This document shows positions 7,568-17,987 of a DNA stretch of 64,000 nt, piece by piece (position 1 is the stretch's first letter; each line of letters starts with the position of its first letter). Below the pieces are notes generated by a model. It was given only the letters and a program-made list of their open reading frames with translations. It was not told where the DNA came from and did not search any database. The stretch is from assembly GCA_016939415.1 (NCBI GenBank), contig JAFGGZ010000032.1, forward strand, positions 1,815 to 65,814, in the 5' to 3' direction. Origin of the DNA: Candidatus Iainarchaeum sp. Its GTDB lineage: Archaea; B1Sed10-29; WALL01. A program made the position numbers and the translations under genes.

Positions 7568-10312
7568 GTGTTTTCTCCAGCGCCCCTTAAAAACATTTCT
7601 GCACATAATCCGGGCGTGACCGATTTTTCCAGTATTCACGAGCCTGTGCGAGCGCTCGCACTCCAGCGCTTCAAAGAAGAGACGCCGACGCAGTCGGCAG
7701 CCTTCCCGTCGATACTCAGCGGAAGGCACACGCTCGTCATCGCTCCGACCGGCACGGGCAAGATGGAGGCAGCGTTATTGCCTTTGCTGAGTAAGCTCTC
7801 TTCTGGCGAGTACAAGCCAATCACCGTCTTGTACATCACGCCGCTGAAGGCGCTTAACAGGGACATGCTTTCTCGTATTGAGTGGTGGTGCCGGCACCTT
7901 GGCATATCCTTGTCAGTGCGTCACGGCGACACTCCGCAGTCCGAGCGCGCCAAGCAGACGAAGAACCCTCCGTCGATCATGATAACGACGCCCGAGACAT
8001 TGAATTCCTTGCTGACTGCTAGGATTCTCGGCCAGCACCTCAAGAACGTGAAGTACGTTGTCGTCGATGAGGTGCACGAGCTTGTGGAGTCGAAGCGCGG
8101 CACTCAACTATCCCTCGCTTTGGAGCGCTTGGTGGAGAAGGCCGGCGAGTTCCAGCGCATCGGCCTCAGCGCCACTGTCGGTGACGCGGCGTTGACCGCG
8201 CGGTTCCTTGCAGGGAAGCGCTCTTGCTCTATCGCTCGCGCGGATGTGGAGCGCGGCTTGAAGCTTTCTGTTGAGTGCCCGGCCTACGCGCGGCCCGATG
8301 TTAAGCTCTCAAAGTCGCTGCGCATGCGGCCCTCGACAGTAGCGCGTTTGCGCAGGCTGCACGAGCTTGTTGAGGCGCATGGCAGCGTGCTGACGTTCGT
8401 GAACACGCGCAGCATGGCAGAGCTGCTTTCGTCCAGGTATGCGGCGTGGGACGTGAAGAACAAGGTCCGCGTGCATCACGGATCGCTTTCCAAGGAGGTG
8501 CGCGTTGTTGCTGAGGAGGAGTTCAAGGACGGCCACGTGAAGGGCTTGTTCGCGACGAGTTCTCTGGAGCTTGGCATAGACATCGGCCGCGTGGACCTTG
8601 TTGTCCAGTACATGTCCCCGCGCCAGGTGTGCAGGCTCGTGCAGCGCGCGGGCAGGTCCGGCCACAGCATGGCCAAGGCACCGGAAGGCGTTATTCTCGC
8701 TCAGGACGCAGAGGATGCTTTGGAGTCTGCGGTGATCGCCCGCCGCGCGTTGGCTGGGGATCTGGAGCCCGTGCGCATCCACGAGATGTCTCTTGACGTG
8801 CTTGCCCACCAGCTTGTTGGATTGAGTTTGGAGTACGGCCGAGTGAATGTCTCGGATGCTGTCCGCATCTTTTCGAGGGCGTTCCCGTACCAGTCCTTGT
8901 CAAAGAGCGTGGTTTCGTCCGTGCTCGAGCAACTGGCTTCAGAGCGGTTCGTGTTCGTGGATGGCGCGTCGTACAAGGCGCGCAATGCTTTCAAGTACTA
9001 TTTCTCGAATCTCAGCACGATCCCTGACGAGCAGCGGTTCTTTGTCCATGATGTCGTCAGCCAGAAGAATGTGGCCTCGCTGGATGAGGCGTTTGTCGCA
9101 GAGCATCTGTATGCCGGCCAGGTGTTCATCACGAAGGGCGTGCCTTGGCGCGTCCTTGACGTGGGCGAGAGGGAGGTTGTCGTGGAGCCGGCTTCTGACA
9201 TCACTGCGGCTGTGCCGGATTGGGCGGGCGAGGAGATTCCCGTTCCTTTCGAAGTGGCTCAGGAGGTGGGGGCGCTGCGCCGCGCTGCAGCACGGTCTGT
9301 CAAGGCGTTGGATGCGTATCCCTTGTCTGCTGACGCGCGCGGGACAGTAATTTCTTCTGTGCGGGAGCAGAAGAAGAGCTGTTTCGTTCCTGACGACAAG
9401 CACGTGTTTCTGGAAGGATTCAACGACGTACTGGTTTTGCACACACATGCTGGTACGCTCGTGAACGAGACGCTTGGCAAGGTGTTGTCGTCCCTACTCA
9501 CTTCGTTTACGGGTGGCGCAATCTCTTCGCGTGTTGATGCGTACCGCATCGTGTTCGAGTTCCAGACGGGTCCGAGGCCGGACCTGATTGAGCATTACCT
9601 GCGTTCTTTGGATGCTGATTCCATTCGCGGCATCCTTGTGTCTTCCTTGTCGCGGTCTTCTTTGTTCAAGTGGAAGTTCATTCACGTCGCGAAGCGGTTC
9701 GGCTTGCTTTCGAAGGACGCGGACTATTCCCGCATCAGCCTGCGGCGCCTTATAGGAGCGGTTGTTGATTCTCCTGTCGCTGACGAGGCGATGAAAGAGC
9801 TTTTCGTGGAGAAGTTTGACGTGGATAACGCGAAGCTGTTCTTGAATCGTTTGCAGTCCGGGAGCACGTCGTTCTCGTTCGTCAGTACCGCGTCGCCGTC
9901 TGAGTTCGCTTCTTTTGCCAGAAAGGCTTCGGACATATTCCTGCCGGAGCGTGCTCACGCCGAAATCATGGAGATGGTGAGGGCGCGCATCTTGGACAAG
10001 CGCGTTGGCTTCAAGTGCTTGAATTGCGGGCATGTGTGGTACGAGGTCGTTGCATCGCTTGCTGATGAGCCCAGGTGTGCGGAGTGCGGAGCGAAGCTCG
10101 TTACCCTGCTAGGCCAGAAGGATGGCGAGCGTGTGGCGCAGCTCATCAATGCGTATGGCCGTAGGGCTGTCATTGCTCTTCAGGCGCATGGCGTTGGCCC
10201 GGAGTTCGCTGCTCGCTTGCTGAAGCGGTTGCGGAAGAGCGAGGACGAGCTGATTAACGACTTGGTTGAGGCCGAGCGCACGTTCGCGCGAACGAAGCGT
10301 TACTGGAGCTGA
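7568..10312 (+). CDS. lhr: Lhr-family large ATP-dependent DEAD/DEAH-box helicase
   Basis: 914 aa. Motifs include Q (PTQSAAFP), Walker A (APTGTGKM), YITPLKALNRD and DEVHEL, with a helicase C domain (QRAGRSGH). There is a long Lhr-type C-terminal extension and a terminal zinc ribbon CLNCG...CAECG. Confidence 0.85.
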   Translation: MFSPAPLKNISAHNPGVTDFSSIHEPVRALALQRFKEETPTQSAAFPSILSGRHTLVIAPTGTGKMEAALLPLLSKLSSGEYKPITVLYITPLKALNRDMLSRIEWWCRHLGISLSVRHGDTPQSERAKQTKNPPSIMITTPETLNSLLTARILGQHLKNVKYVVVDEVHELVESKRGTQLSLALERLVEKAGEFQRIGLSATVGDAALTARFLAGKRSCSIARADVERGLKLSVECPAYARPDVKLSKSLRMRPSTVARLRRLHELVEAHGSVLTFVNTRSMAELLSSRYAAWDVKNKVRVHHGSLSKEVRVVAEEEFKDGHVKGLFATSSLELGIDIGRVDLVVQYMSPRQVCRLVQRAGRSGHSMAKAPEGVILAQDAEDALESAVIARRALAGDLEPVRIHEMSLDVLAHQLVGLSLEYGRVNVSDAVRIFSRAFPYQSLSKSVVSSVLEQLASERFVFVDGASYKARNAFKYYFSNLSTIPDEQRFFVHDVVSQKNVASLDEAFVAEHLYAGQVFITKGVPWRVLDVGEREVVVEPASDITAAVPDWAGEEIPVPFEVAQEVGALRRAAARSVKALDAYPLSADARGTVISSVREQKKSCFVPDDKHVFLEGFNDVLVLHTHAGTLVNETLGKVLSSLLTSFTGGAISSRVDAYRIVFEFQTGPRPDLIEHYLRSLDADSIRGILVSSLSRSSLFKWKFIHVAKRFGLLSKDADYSRISLRRLIGAVVDSPVADEAMKELFVEKFDVDNAKLFLNRLQSGSTSFSFVSTASPSEFASFARKASDIFLPERAHAEIMEMVRARILDKRVGFKCLNCGHVWYEVVASLADEPRCAECGAKLVTLLGQKDGERVAQLINAYGRRAVIALQAHGVGPEFAARLLKRLRKSEDELINDLVEAERTFARTKRYWS

Positions 10313-10346
10313 ATGCTTTTATACCCCGGGCGGCTAATGGTTTGCC

Positions 10347-10757
10347 GTGTTGGATGAGGAAATGGTGGAGAGCGTTGTGCTCGGCCTGAAGCAGGGCATC
10401 ACTTTCGAGAAGCTGCGTGCCGGTCTTGCTCCTCTGGGTTACTCGGGCGCTGAGATAGACGAGATCATGTCCGAGGCGTTGAAGCGTTTCGGGAAAGCGC
10501 CGCTAGCGCGCCTGCCGCCAGCTGAGCGCGCTTTGGAGGAGCCGACTCGGCCCGTGGAGCGGCCGCCGGTTCCGTCGCCCGAGGTCTATGCGCCTGCCCG
10601 TGAAGTGCGTGCCGCACAGTTATTGCCTGTGCGCAGCGCTCCGATGGATGAGTTCCGTGAAGGTGGGAAGGATTCTCCGTTGTTGCTGGCGATCGTCGTC
10701 GCGATGTTTTTGGTGATTGTCACGCTCGTCGTCGTGCTTGTTTCCCGGTTCGTGTGA
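10347..10757 (+). CDS. hypothetical membrane-anchored protein
   Basis: 136 aa. It has a Pro-rich linker and a single C-terminal transmembrane helix, LLLAIVVAMFLVIVTLVVVLV. An oligo-T tract follows the stop. Confidence 0.4.
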   Translation: MLDEEMVESVVLGLKQGITFEKLRAGLAPLGYSGAEIDEIMSEALKRFGKAPLARLPPAERALEEPTRPVERPPVPSPEVYAPAREVRAAQLLPVRSAPMDEFREGGKDSPLLLAIVVAMFLVIVTLVVVLVSRFV

Positions 10758-10775
10758 GTTTTTTTTGGGGTTTGC
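10758..10775 (+). terminator. oligo-T archaeal terminator-like tract
   Basis: gtgtgagTTTTTTTTgggg lies immediately after the stop codon at 10757. Confidence 0.4.
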
Positions 10776-10930
10776 GCGGTCTTCCAGCAATCTGTCATGC
10801 AGTGGTTTTACTGGCTGTTCGTGATTATATCCCGGAATAGTTCTGTTGGGTGTTGTTGTTTTGCTCCCCGGAATGTGCGCACCTCTATTTCCCGATTCGC
10901 GTGCTTGCATCATTCGCGCGCGGCCGGCGC

Positions 10931-12838
10931 TTACCTCAGCCTGATGCTATCCAGGTTTCTGGGCACGTTAGTCTCGACTTTGAACTGGTAGCTCAGTGCC
11001 CTGCCGAGGTTCAAGCAGCTCTTCTCGTCGCCATGCACGAGTATCGCCCTGTCCGGCTTTGGTGCCAGCTTCTTGTAGAATCCGAGGAGCTGGTTCCTAT
11101 CAGAGTGTCCTGAGTATCCTTCAATCGTTTCTATGTGCATGTTCACAGTGAGGCCGACTGTCCTGCCGTCCATATGCATGGGGAGGGTCTTGCCTTTCTC
11201 GTGGCGCAGCCCCAGGTTCTGTATCTTCTTTCCGAGGGAGCCTTCGCCTTGGTACCCGATGAACACCATGCTGTTCCTCGGGTCTTCGCATAGGTTCTTG
11301 AAGTATTCCACGCTCGGGCCGCCGGTGAGCATGCCGGATGGAGCGATGAACACGCTCCCCTTCTCCTCAAAGATTTCGCGGCGCTTTGTCTTGTCGACTT
11401 CTATGAATATGTCCGAGTCGAGGGGGGAGGAGTTGTGCAGCACGCGTTTCTTCACGTTCCTGCGAAGGAACTCAGGGTAAGCGGTGTGTATCGCTGACAC
11501 TTCGCGTATCATACCGTCTATGTACACCGGGATGTCCCAGCCCTGGTGCTTTGCGTACTCTTCTATGACCAGCATGATCTCCTGGGAGCGTCCGACTGCG
11601 AATGCTGGGATGAGCACGCTGCCGCCGCGCCTCGCTGTTTCCTTTATCGTTGTTATGAGTCTCTTGTCGGCGACGTATCTTGGGGGCTGGATGTCTTGCG
11701 GCCCTCCGTACGTGCTTTCCATGATGAGGGTTTCGATGCGCGGGTAGCGCGTGTGCACCATGTCGAAGAGTTTTGTGTATCCAAACTTGAAGTCTGCTGT
11801 GTACAGCAGGTTGTGTGCACCCTGGCCGATGTGCAGGTGGGCGGATGAGGATCCGAGGATGTGTCCCGCGTTGTGGAGCGTGAGTCTCATGTCCGGTGAT
11901 ATGTCTGTTACTTCGCCGTACTCCCGGGTGATAACGTATTTCACCATGTTCTTGATGTCTTTCTGTCCGTACGGCGGCTTCTTGCCTTCCTTCATGGCGA
12001 CGTCCACGTAGTCGAGTGCGAGCAGCGTCATTATGTCGCGTGTTGGCGCGGTGCAGTATGTCGGGCCGTTGAACCCGTACTTGTACAGGTACGGGAGGAA
12101 CCCGGAGTGGTCCAGGTGGGCGTGGCTGATGATGACTGCGTCCAGTTCGTCGAGCGGGAAGGTGAGCGAGTCCAGCAAGGGGTACGGTGTTTGGTTGGAT
12201 GCGACGTTTACGCCGCAGTCTATCATGACCTTTGATTCGGGGGTTTCAAGGAGGAAGCATGACCTTCCGACTTCTCTTGCGCCGCCGAGCGGGGTCAGTC
12301 TCACCCAGTCTGTCTTCTTGGTTTGCTCCCGGTATATGCGCGTGCCTATCTCTTTCTGGATTTTGGCGCGTTCTTTGCTTTCTTTGAGCAGCGTGTACCT
12401 TATGCCTTTCATCACTGGTGAGGGCATGGTGGGTACGCGGAGGATGCGCGGGTACCATCCTGTCATGAGTGTGATCGCTTTCAAAGTCTGTCCGTGCTTG
12501 CCTATCACGACGCCGGGCTTCCTGGCTTCGATCACGACTTCGTTGGCTTCCGGGTCGAAGCTTATGTCATTGATGCCGGCGTTTTCCGGGATGAGTTCTT
12601 CGATGCTTTTTTTCGCGGTTTCGGGGTCTGTGAGCATGGATGAGTCGCTGCGGATGTGCACGCGCTTCTTGAGCTCGCCTGCGAGTGTTTTCACTAGGCC
12701 CTCGCTTTCCAGGAAGAGGTTCATGTTTTTCGTGTATATGACGACCTCGCTGGTCTGAAGCCCTACTTTTGTGACCAGGGCTTCGGGAGGGACTATTTCG
12801 CTGATTCTCTTCTCTAGTTGTTTCAAGAACTCGGACAT
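10931..12838 (-). CDS. fttA: archaeal CPSF1 (aCPSF1/FttA): KH domains plus a metallo-beta-lactamase beta-CASP ribonuclease
   Basis: 635 aa, which is the canonical size. It has two N-terminal KH domains (VIGKHGQTLKAI), the HAHLDHSG beta-lactamase motif and the beta-CASP region. It is adjacent to psmB, as is typical in archaea. Confidence 0.93.
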   Translation of the reverse strand: MSEFLKQLEKRISEIVPPEALVTKVGLQTSEVVIYTKNMNLFLESEGLVKTLAGELKKRVHIRSDSSMLTDPETAKKSIEELIPENAGINDISFDPEANEVVIEARKPGVVIGKHGQTLKAITLMTGWYPRILRVPTMPSPVMKGIRYTLLKESKERAKIQKEIGTRIYREQTKKTDWVRLTPLGGAREVGRSCFLLETPESKVMIDCGVNVASNQTPYPLLDSLTFPLDELDAVIISHAHLDHSGFLPYLYKYGFNGPTYCTAPTRDIMTLLALDYVDVAMKEGKKPPYGQKDIKNMVKYVITREYGEVTDISPDMRLTLHNAGHILGSSSAHLHIGQGAHNLLYTADFKFGYTKLFDMVHTRYPRIETLIMESTYGGPQDIQPPRYVADKRLITTIKETARRGGSVLIPAFAVGRSQEIMLVIEEYAKHQGWDIPVYIDGMIREVSAIHTAYPEFLRRNVKKRVLHNSSPLDSDIFIEVDKTKRREIFEEKGSVFIAPSGMLTGGPSVEYFKNLCEDPRNSMVFIGYQGEGSLGKKIQNLGLRHEKGKTLPMHMDGRTVGLTVNMHIETIEGYSGHSDRNQLLGFYKKLAPKPDRAILVHGDEKSCLNLGRALSYQFKVETNVPRNLDSIRLR

Positions 12839-12896
12839 GCCGTCCTCTCCTTGAGTCGTTTCTTCGAGTTTTTTTTTGCTTTATTGTGCTGGGTTG

Positions 12897-13505
12897 TTAC
12901 TTCAGGTACGGGGTCTCGTCAATCTTTTCGTACCCGTCCTTGGTTATCTTGACGAGCATAATGCCGTTCCCGGACATGGCATCCCTCTGCATGGATGATT
13001 GCAGGGCTTCTGCTGCAAGCCGGAGGTTGTCTTCAACGCTCGCGTTTTCCTTGAATTTGTTCTCTAGCACGCCGTACGCTATCGGCGAGCCGCTTCCGGT
13101 TGACACGACTTTTTCTTCGAGGACGCTTCCGAGCGCGTCCAGCGAGTACAGTCTTGGCTTTTCGTCGTATCCTCCGAGGAGTAGTTGCACGTAGTATGGG
13201 TAAAACCTGTTTCCGTGCAGGATGTTTGATAGCAGCGTTGCTGCTGCGTCCACTTTCATCGGGGAGTTCCTCTCTATCTGGTAGAGGCTGCTCTCGACGC
13301 GCATGATGCGCGCGAGCTTCTGGGCGTCTGCCACGCTGCCTGCAGTGGTTATGGCGAGGTGGTCTTGTATCTTGAGGACTTTGTCGACGTCCTTGTTCGC
13401 TATGAGATAGCCCATTGTCGCTCTTCTCTCTGCTGCGAGCACGACGCCGTCCCTTGCGAGTATCCCGATCGTTGTCGTGCCTTTCTTGTAGTCCTCGCTT
13501 TCCAT
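12897..13505 (-). CDS. psmB: proteasome beta subunit
   Basis: 202 aa. A propeptide is followed by TTTIGI with the catalytic N-terminal Thr. The rest matches Ntn-hydrolase proteasome beta sequences. Confidence 0.93.
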   Translation of the reverse strand: MESEDYKKGTTTIGILARDGVVLAAERRATMGYLIANKDVDKVLKIQDHLAITTAGSVADAQKLARIMRVESSLYQIERNSPMKVDAAATLLSNILHGNRFYPYYVQLLLGGYDEKPRLYSLDALGSVLEEKVVSTGSGSPIAYGVLENKFKENASVEDNLRLAAEALQSSMQRDAMSGNGIMLVKITKDGYEKIDETPYLK

Positions 13506-13578
13506 TCATTCGTCTCCTTAAAGCATTAGAAGCAGGTGACCACTTCTTTGTACGTCCCCATTTAAATACGTTACTCTG

Positions 13579-14229
13579 TTACTTCTTTTCGAAGACCTCG
13601 TCGAACTCGACTTTTTCTGCGCCCACCCTGCCGAGCAGTGCGTTAAGCAGGTATCCCTTGTTCTGTCCGTACTCTCTCGTGTTCAGGTTCTGCTGGGTCG
13701 GCGTTATCTTGACGTGCTTGTCTTTGACTTCGACGTTGGCGCCGGGTATGAGGGAGTTCGTCAGGCTTTTTGCCTTCTCTTCCGAGCTCTTCATGACTGC
13801 CAGAACCTTGATGTCGAATTCCAGGTCCTTGCCTGCGAGCTCGTGGTTGAAGTCGACGCGAACGCGGCCGCCGCTCACGCTCTGCACGCGTGCGGGCATG
13901 TCGTCCAGGGTGACTATCATGCCTGGCACGGGTTCGAGGCCGCTCTGCTTGAATGCTTTTAGTGGCACGAGCTTGACGAGTTCGCTGCGTCGCTGGCCGT
14001 ACGCTTTCTCGACAGGCACTTTGACCTGCTTTTCCTCGCCGGCTTTCATGTCTTTGATTGCTTCTTCGAGTCCGGGAATGATGTCGCCATATCCCATGCA
14101 GACTATCATCGGCTCGAATGGTTTTGTTATGCCGTTCTCTTCACCGACTTCTTTTATGGAGGTATCGAACACGCTTCCCCCGGTCTTGCCGGTGTAGTCT
14201 ATCTTGACAAAGTCTCCTTTATCTATCAT
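13579..14229 (-). CDS. FKBP-type peptidyl-prolyl cis-trans isomerase (long archaeal SlyD-like type)
   Basis: 216 aa. The N-terminus has the FKBP domain pattern DFVKIDYTGK...VFDTS. An insert-in-flap domain and a C-terminal extension are typical of archaeal long FKBPs. Confidence 0.85.
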   Translation of the reverse strand: MIDKGDFVKIDYTGKTGGSVFDTSIKEVGEENGITKPFEPMIVCMGYGDIIPGLEEAIKDMKAGEEKQVKVPVEKAYGQRRSELVKLVPLKAFKQSGLEPVPGMIVTLDDMPARVQSVSGGRVRVDFNHELAGKDLEFDIKVLAVMKSSEEKAKSLTNSLIPGANVEVKDKHVKITPTQQNLNTREYGQNKGYLLNALLGRVGAEKVEFDEVFEKK

Positions 14230-14351
14230 GAAAAACCCTCAGAACTAGGTTGGCTGCGATTATTCTGGAACAGTTCTTATTTAAAGCTATGCTCAAATAT
14301 TTAAATGCCCCCGCAGTAAAAAGCACTCGGGCTTGTTCTGCAGTGATTACT

Positions 14352-15548
14352 ATGGTCTCTAAGAATGGTCTTCTTGTCGTGTCGGCTATCCTGGTCGTGA
14401 GCCTTGCGGTCCCGCTTGCTTCCATGCTCACTGAGAGCGCTGCCCCCGAGGCTGAAGAGCCCGTCTCTTCTGACGCGCCGCCGGCCGTGCTGATCCAGAT
14501 AGAGGAATTCAGCGCAGTATCGTCCGGGACGGTCCTCAGCGTGCAACCAGTGCTTATAACGACAGCGACGTCTGATCTTGGCGCTCAGGCGCTGCGCGAA
14601 GCGATTGCGTCGCTACCGGGCGTGCAGAATGTTTCGTTGCAGCAGAGCGAGAATCCCGGTTCGGAAGGCTTGTACAAGTACGATGTCACTGTAACTACTG
14701 CCAGCCAGGCTGACAACGAGCGGGTGTCGTTCCTGCTCACGTCCTTGGTTTCCGGCGCAGATTTTCTGCCTCCCGCATCCCCCGCCGTCATAGGTCTTCC
14801 CAAGGTCTTGGAGGCGCGGAATGGTCGGGGGAGCACGGAGTTCATTGAGTTCGAGAACAATGTGACGACGGGTTACGTGTATGGTTTCACGCACGTCGGG
14901 GATGAGCAGTTGTTCAACTTGGAGATCCAGCGGTCCGGCGGGCGCATTGCTGTCATGGCTGTCGAGGCAGTGCGGCCGTACTCCCCGTCCGTGGAAGAGC
15001 ACGAGGCGGTGGTGGCTGCTCGGATTGTTGAAGTGACTGGCGAGGGCGTGGAGCGCCACCTGCCTTTCGGCGAGGGCGTTGACACGAAGGCGTTGTTCGA
15101 CCAGTACGGTGTGGGCGTCGCGTTCGACGAGGGGCTGCCGTTCTTCACAGTGTCTGCTGATGATGTTGGTTCTGTTCGGTCTGTTCTCGTGGAAAACAAT
15201 GTGTCTTTCTCCGAGTCCAGCGGTCTCTTGCTCGTGAGTTCAGGTGATTACTCAATTTCCTTTATCAAGTCATTGCTGCCGGAAGCGTCTGTTGAAGAAC
15301 CGCATGGCACGCTTTGGGTCGAGGGCAGTCCATTGCCTTCCGGCTTGCCCGGCGTTCTTGTTCGGGAGTACGACATGGCCACGATCACCTTGCCAGAAGT
15401 CGTGCTTGCGGACGGCATTGCCTTCAACTTGTCCGGTGGCAACATCCTCGCGCGCCAGCGCGTTCCTAAAGGTGCTGCAGGCGAGCTGAATGTGACTGCG
15501 GTGTTCAAGACTGCGTTCGGCGTGGTTGTCTCTATCGAGACGCGTTGA
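14352..15548 (+). CDS. hypothetical secreted or surface protein
   Basis: Start set at MVSKNGLLVVSAILVVSLAVPLASM, which reads as a signal peptide or TM segment. The protein is acidic and rich in Ser, Thr and Val, as expected for an extracellular protein. No family recognised. Confidence 0.45.
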   Translation: MVSKNGLLVVSAILVVSLAVPLASMLTESAAPEAEEPVSSDAPPAVLIQIEEFSAVSSGTVLSVQPVLITTATSDLGAQALREAIASLPGVQNVSLQQSENPGSEGLYKYDVTVTTASQADNERVSFLLTSLVSGADFLPPASPAVIGLPKVLEARNGRGSTEFIEFENNVTTGYVYGFTHVGDEQLFNLEIQRSGGRIAVMAVEAVRPYSPSVEEHEAVVAARIVEVTGEGVERHLPFGEGVDTKALFDQYGVGVAFDEGLPFFTVSADDVGSVRSVLVENNVSFSESSGLLLVSSGDYSISFIKSLLPEASVEEPHGTLWVEGSPLPSGLPGVLVREYDMATITLPEVVLADGIAFNLSGGNILARQRVPKGAAGELNVTAVFKTAFGVVVSIETR

Positions 15549-15549
15549 G

Positions 15550-15882
15550 TTATTCCTGCAGCTCGAGAATGGCTGCTGCGATGTCCCCGTCGTGCTTCTT
15601 GAGCGCGGCTTCTGCGTCGGACCTACCTTTTCCTGTCTGCTGCATGACCATCTCGATGTCTTCTTCGTCAAAGACTTGTCTCTCTCTTTCTTCTATGTCG
15701 CCCATGACTTGGTATGTCTTCATGCCTTTCATGTCCACTTCAGTGACTTGCGGGTTTTTGACGATGATTTCCTTTCCGTCCGTGCGTATGATCACTTCTT
15801 TGGCGTTGATTGGCGTTGTCTTGATGCCCATTTGCCGCATCATGCCTTGCATCTGTTTAGGGTTCATGCCTCCGGGGAACAT
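15550..15882 (-). CDS. nac: nascent polypeptide-associated complex alpha subunit (NAC domain plus UBA)
   Basis: 110 aa. It has a NAC domain (KEVIIRTDGKEIIVKNPQVTEVDMKG) and a C-terminal UBA domain (SDAEAALKKHDGDIAAAILEL). Confidence 0.9.
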   Translation of the reverse strand: MFPGGMNPKQMQGMMRQMGIKTTPINAKEVIIRTDGKEIIVKNPQVTEVDMKGMKTYQVMGDIEERERQVFDEEDIEMVMQQTGKGRSDAEAALKKHDGDIAAAILELQE

Positions 15883-15974
15883 GCTTGACCACCTGCTGTT
15901 CTTTTGTCTGCCTGGCTTTTATGTGTTTGCCTGCCACCGTCACTCTTTAAAACCCCGCCGCAGTATTACCCCTC

Positions 15975-16622
15975 ATGCCCGAGACTTACGGCAGTTTTGA
16001 TGATTTCCGCAGGGCCTTGCCTGCTAATTGGGCGAAGGATTACGGCGTGCGGGAGGCGTCGGTCAGGAAGTACTTGGAGATTGGCGGCATAATCAAGGTC
16101 GGCGAGGTGAAGGGTGCGTGGCCCACGCTCGTCTACCCGACAGCATCGCGCCTGGAGAAGCAGCTTGAAGAGGCCGAGCGCAAGCTCGCTGGTGTGGAAA
16201 AGCAGTTGCATGCGTGGAAGCGCCGCCACAAGCGTTTGAAGACGAACACTGTCTCGGATGTCGTCCAGCGCGCTGTCGATCCTCTGTTCTGGGAGCACAA
16301 GATCCGGTTGGTCGCCGACCCAACGTACAGGGAGACGTATGACCTTGTCCGCCCCCCGATGCATCTGATGAACCGCGCTGATTGGCGCAAGAAGCTGAAG
16401 TACTTTGTTCAGAGCAAGGAGTACAGGATTCGGTTGCATGAGGCCCGCACGTCGAAGATCGGGCGGCGCAGGGAGAAGATGGACACCGAGGTCGAGAAGC
16501 GCATGGAGTTCAACCGCCAGCTCGCTGACCAGGAGCACAAGAAGCTGCTGACGAAGAAGAGGGATCTTGAGGATAGGATCCGCGCGGTGAGGGCGCTTAT
16601 TGTTTGGGCGAGGGAGAGTTAG
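15975..16622 (+). CDS. hypothetical basic protein
   Basis: 215 aa, Lys/Arg-rich with coiled-coil character. Its 3' end overlaps the convergent antiporter gene by 26 nt. Confidence 0.35.
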   Translation: MPETYGSFDDFRRALPANWAKDYGVREASVRKYLEIGGIIKVGEVKGAWPTLVYPTASRLEKQLEEAERKLAGVEKQLHAWKRRHKRLKTNTVSDVVQRAVDPLFWEHKIRLVADPTYRETYDLVRPPMHLMNRADWRKKLKYFVQSKEYRIRLHEARTSKIGRRREKMDTEVEKRMEFNRQLADQEHKKLLTKKRDLEDRIRAVRALIVWARES

Positions 16623-17898
16623 CCTTCTTCGGCTTCTTTTCAGTGCTTTTCTTGTCGTTCCCTTCCACGAACGCTTCTGCAAGCGCTTTCTCTGCTTCTT
16701 TCTGGGCGTCCTCTTTTTTCCGGCCGCGCTCTATGACGAACACGCCGATTGTTGTTATGATGATGGTTGCGAGTATCACAGTGAACACGATGTCCGGGAA
16801 CGCGCTGGTGCCGGCGATGCCTCTGCTGGCCGGCAGGTTGGCGAGCACGGCTGCGGCGAGGCCGCGCGGCAGCATGATGCTCATCACCTGCTTGTCGCGT
16901 TCGCTGAAGTTTGTTTTGTGCGTGGCTGCGAGCACGGATATGGGTCTCACGCCGAGCACTGCGATTGATAGTATGACCCCGAAAAGGATGAATGAAATGT
17001 TTTGGATTGTGACGAGCAGCCCGAGGTACACGAAGAAGAATGTCCGCACCAGGAACGCTATTAGGGAGTGGAATTCGCGGGTGGTGCCGCCCATCTGGAA
17101 TGCCATTTTCCTGTATTTTATGATGTCGAAGATTTCCTTGCCGTTCGCCAGCACCACTCCGAACGTGAGGCAGGCTATTGCACCGCTGCCTCCGAGCCAT
17201 TCGGATGCTGCGTATGAGAGTAGGAGCATGGCCAGCGTGACCACGTAGGCGTATTCGAACTTTTCGAGCCGGTGCATTATCGGTACCCACGCGATTCCGA
17301 CTGCGAGGCCGATCATGGCGCCGACGCTGAACGCGCTCGCTATCCACTGGAATCCCACTGCGATGTTGTTCCCGCCGACTGTCAGCGTTTCCATTAGCGC
17401 GATTGCGACGACGATGCAGAGGGCGTCCGTGACTGCTGATTCTATGGCGAGTATGAGTTGCGTGTTCTCACTTATGCCGCCGATCTTGGACACTATGGGG
17501 ATGACGATGGGCGAGCTGACGCCTCCGATGATGACGCCGAGCAGGGCGCCGACCAGCGGGTCGAACCCGACGATCATGGAGAGAACCATTGTTATGACGA
17601 CGGTGAGTGTGAAGGCTGACACTGCGAGGAAGAGGCTGCGCGGCGCTTGCTTGAAGAGCTTGTACAGCTCCATGTTTATGCCGCCTTCGAACAGGATGAT
17701 TATGACTGCGAGCGCTGCGAAGAACTCGGACACGCTCTGCATGAGCGTGGCGTCGACGAGCTCCAGGACCGGACCGACGAGGAGGCCGAAGCCCATGAGC
17801 CAGACTGCGTTGGGTATGTCGGTCTTCTTGAATATGAGGTTGCCTATGAATCCCAGGAGAATGATTATGGCTATGAGGAGTATCGGGAGTATAACCAT
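16597..17898 (-). CDS. Na+/H+ antiporter, CPA1 (NhaP) family
   Basis: 433 aa with about 12 TM helices. The sequence has typical NhaP/Na_H_exchanger features (FEGGIN...). The hydrophilic C-terminal tail is Lys-rich. Confidence 0.8.
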   Translation of the reverse strand: MVILPILLIAIIILLGFIGNLIFKKTDIPNAVWLMGFGLLVGPVLELVDATLMQSVSEFFAALAVIIILFEGGINMELYKLFKQAPRSLFLAVSAFTLTVVITMVLSMIVGFDPLVGALLGVIIGGVSSPIVIPIVSKIGGISENTQLILAIESAVTDALCIVVAIALMETLTVGGNNIAVGFQWIASAFSVGAMIGLAVGIAWVPIMHRLEKFEYAYVVTLAMLLLSYAASEWLGGSGAIACLTFGVVLANGKEIFDIIKYRKMAFQMGGTTREFHSLIAFLVRTFFFVYLGLLVTIQNISFILFGVILSIAVLGVRPISVLAATHKTNFSERDKQVMSIMLPRGLAAAVLANLPASRGIAGTSAFPDIVFTVILATIIITTIGVFVIERGRKKEDAQKEAEKALAEAFVEGNDKKSTEKKPKKANSPSPKQ

Positions 17899-17987
17899 GC
17901 CTTAGCTAACCATATCGGTATATTTAAGTCTTTCTCGGCATGCCGCACGCCCCTCCCTTATTAAGCGCCCGCACCAAAAAGTACGTG

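Noticed and set aside
12033-12758. 241-aa plus-strand ORF inside the aCPSF1 gene
   Set aside because: It is antisense to the highly conserved beta-CASP ribonuclease gene and has no motifs.
13415-14197. 260-aa plus-strand ORF overlapping the psmB and FKBP genes
   Set aside because: It is antisense to two well-supported genes, with a Ser/Leu/Pro-rich composition.
16640-17347. 235-aa Arg-rich ORF and several plus-strand ORFs inside the Na+/H+ antiporter gene
   Set aside because: These are alternative or antisense frames of a membrane-protein gene with clear TM periodicity in the chosen frame.
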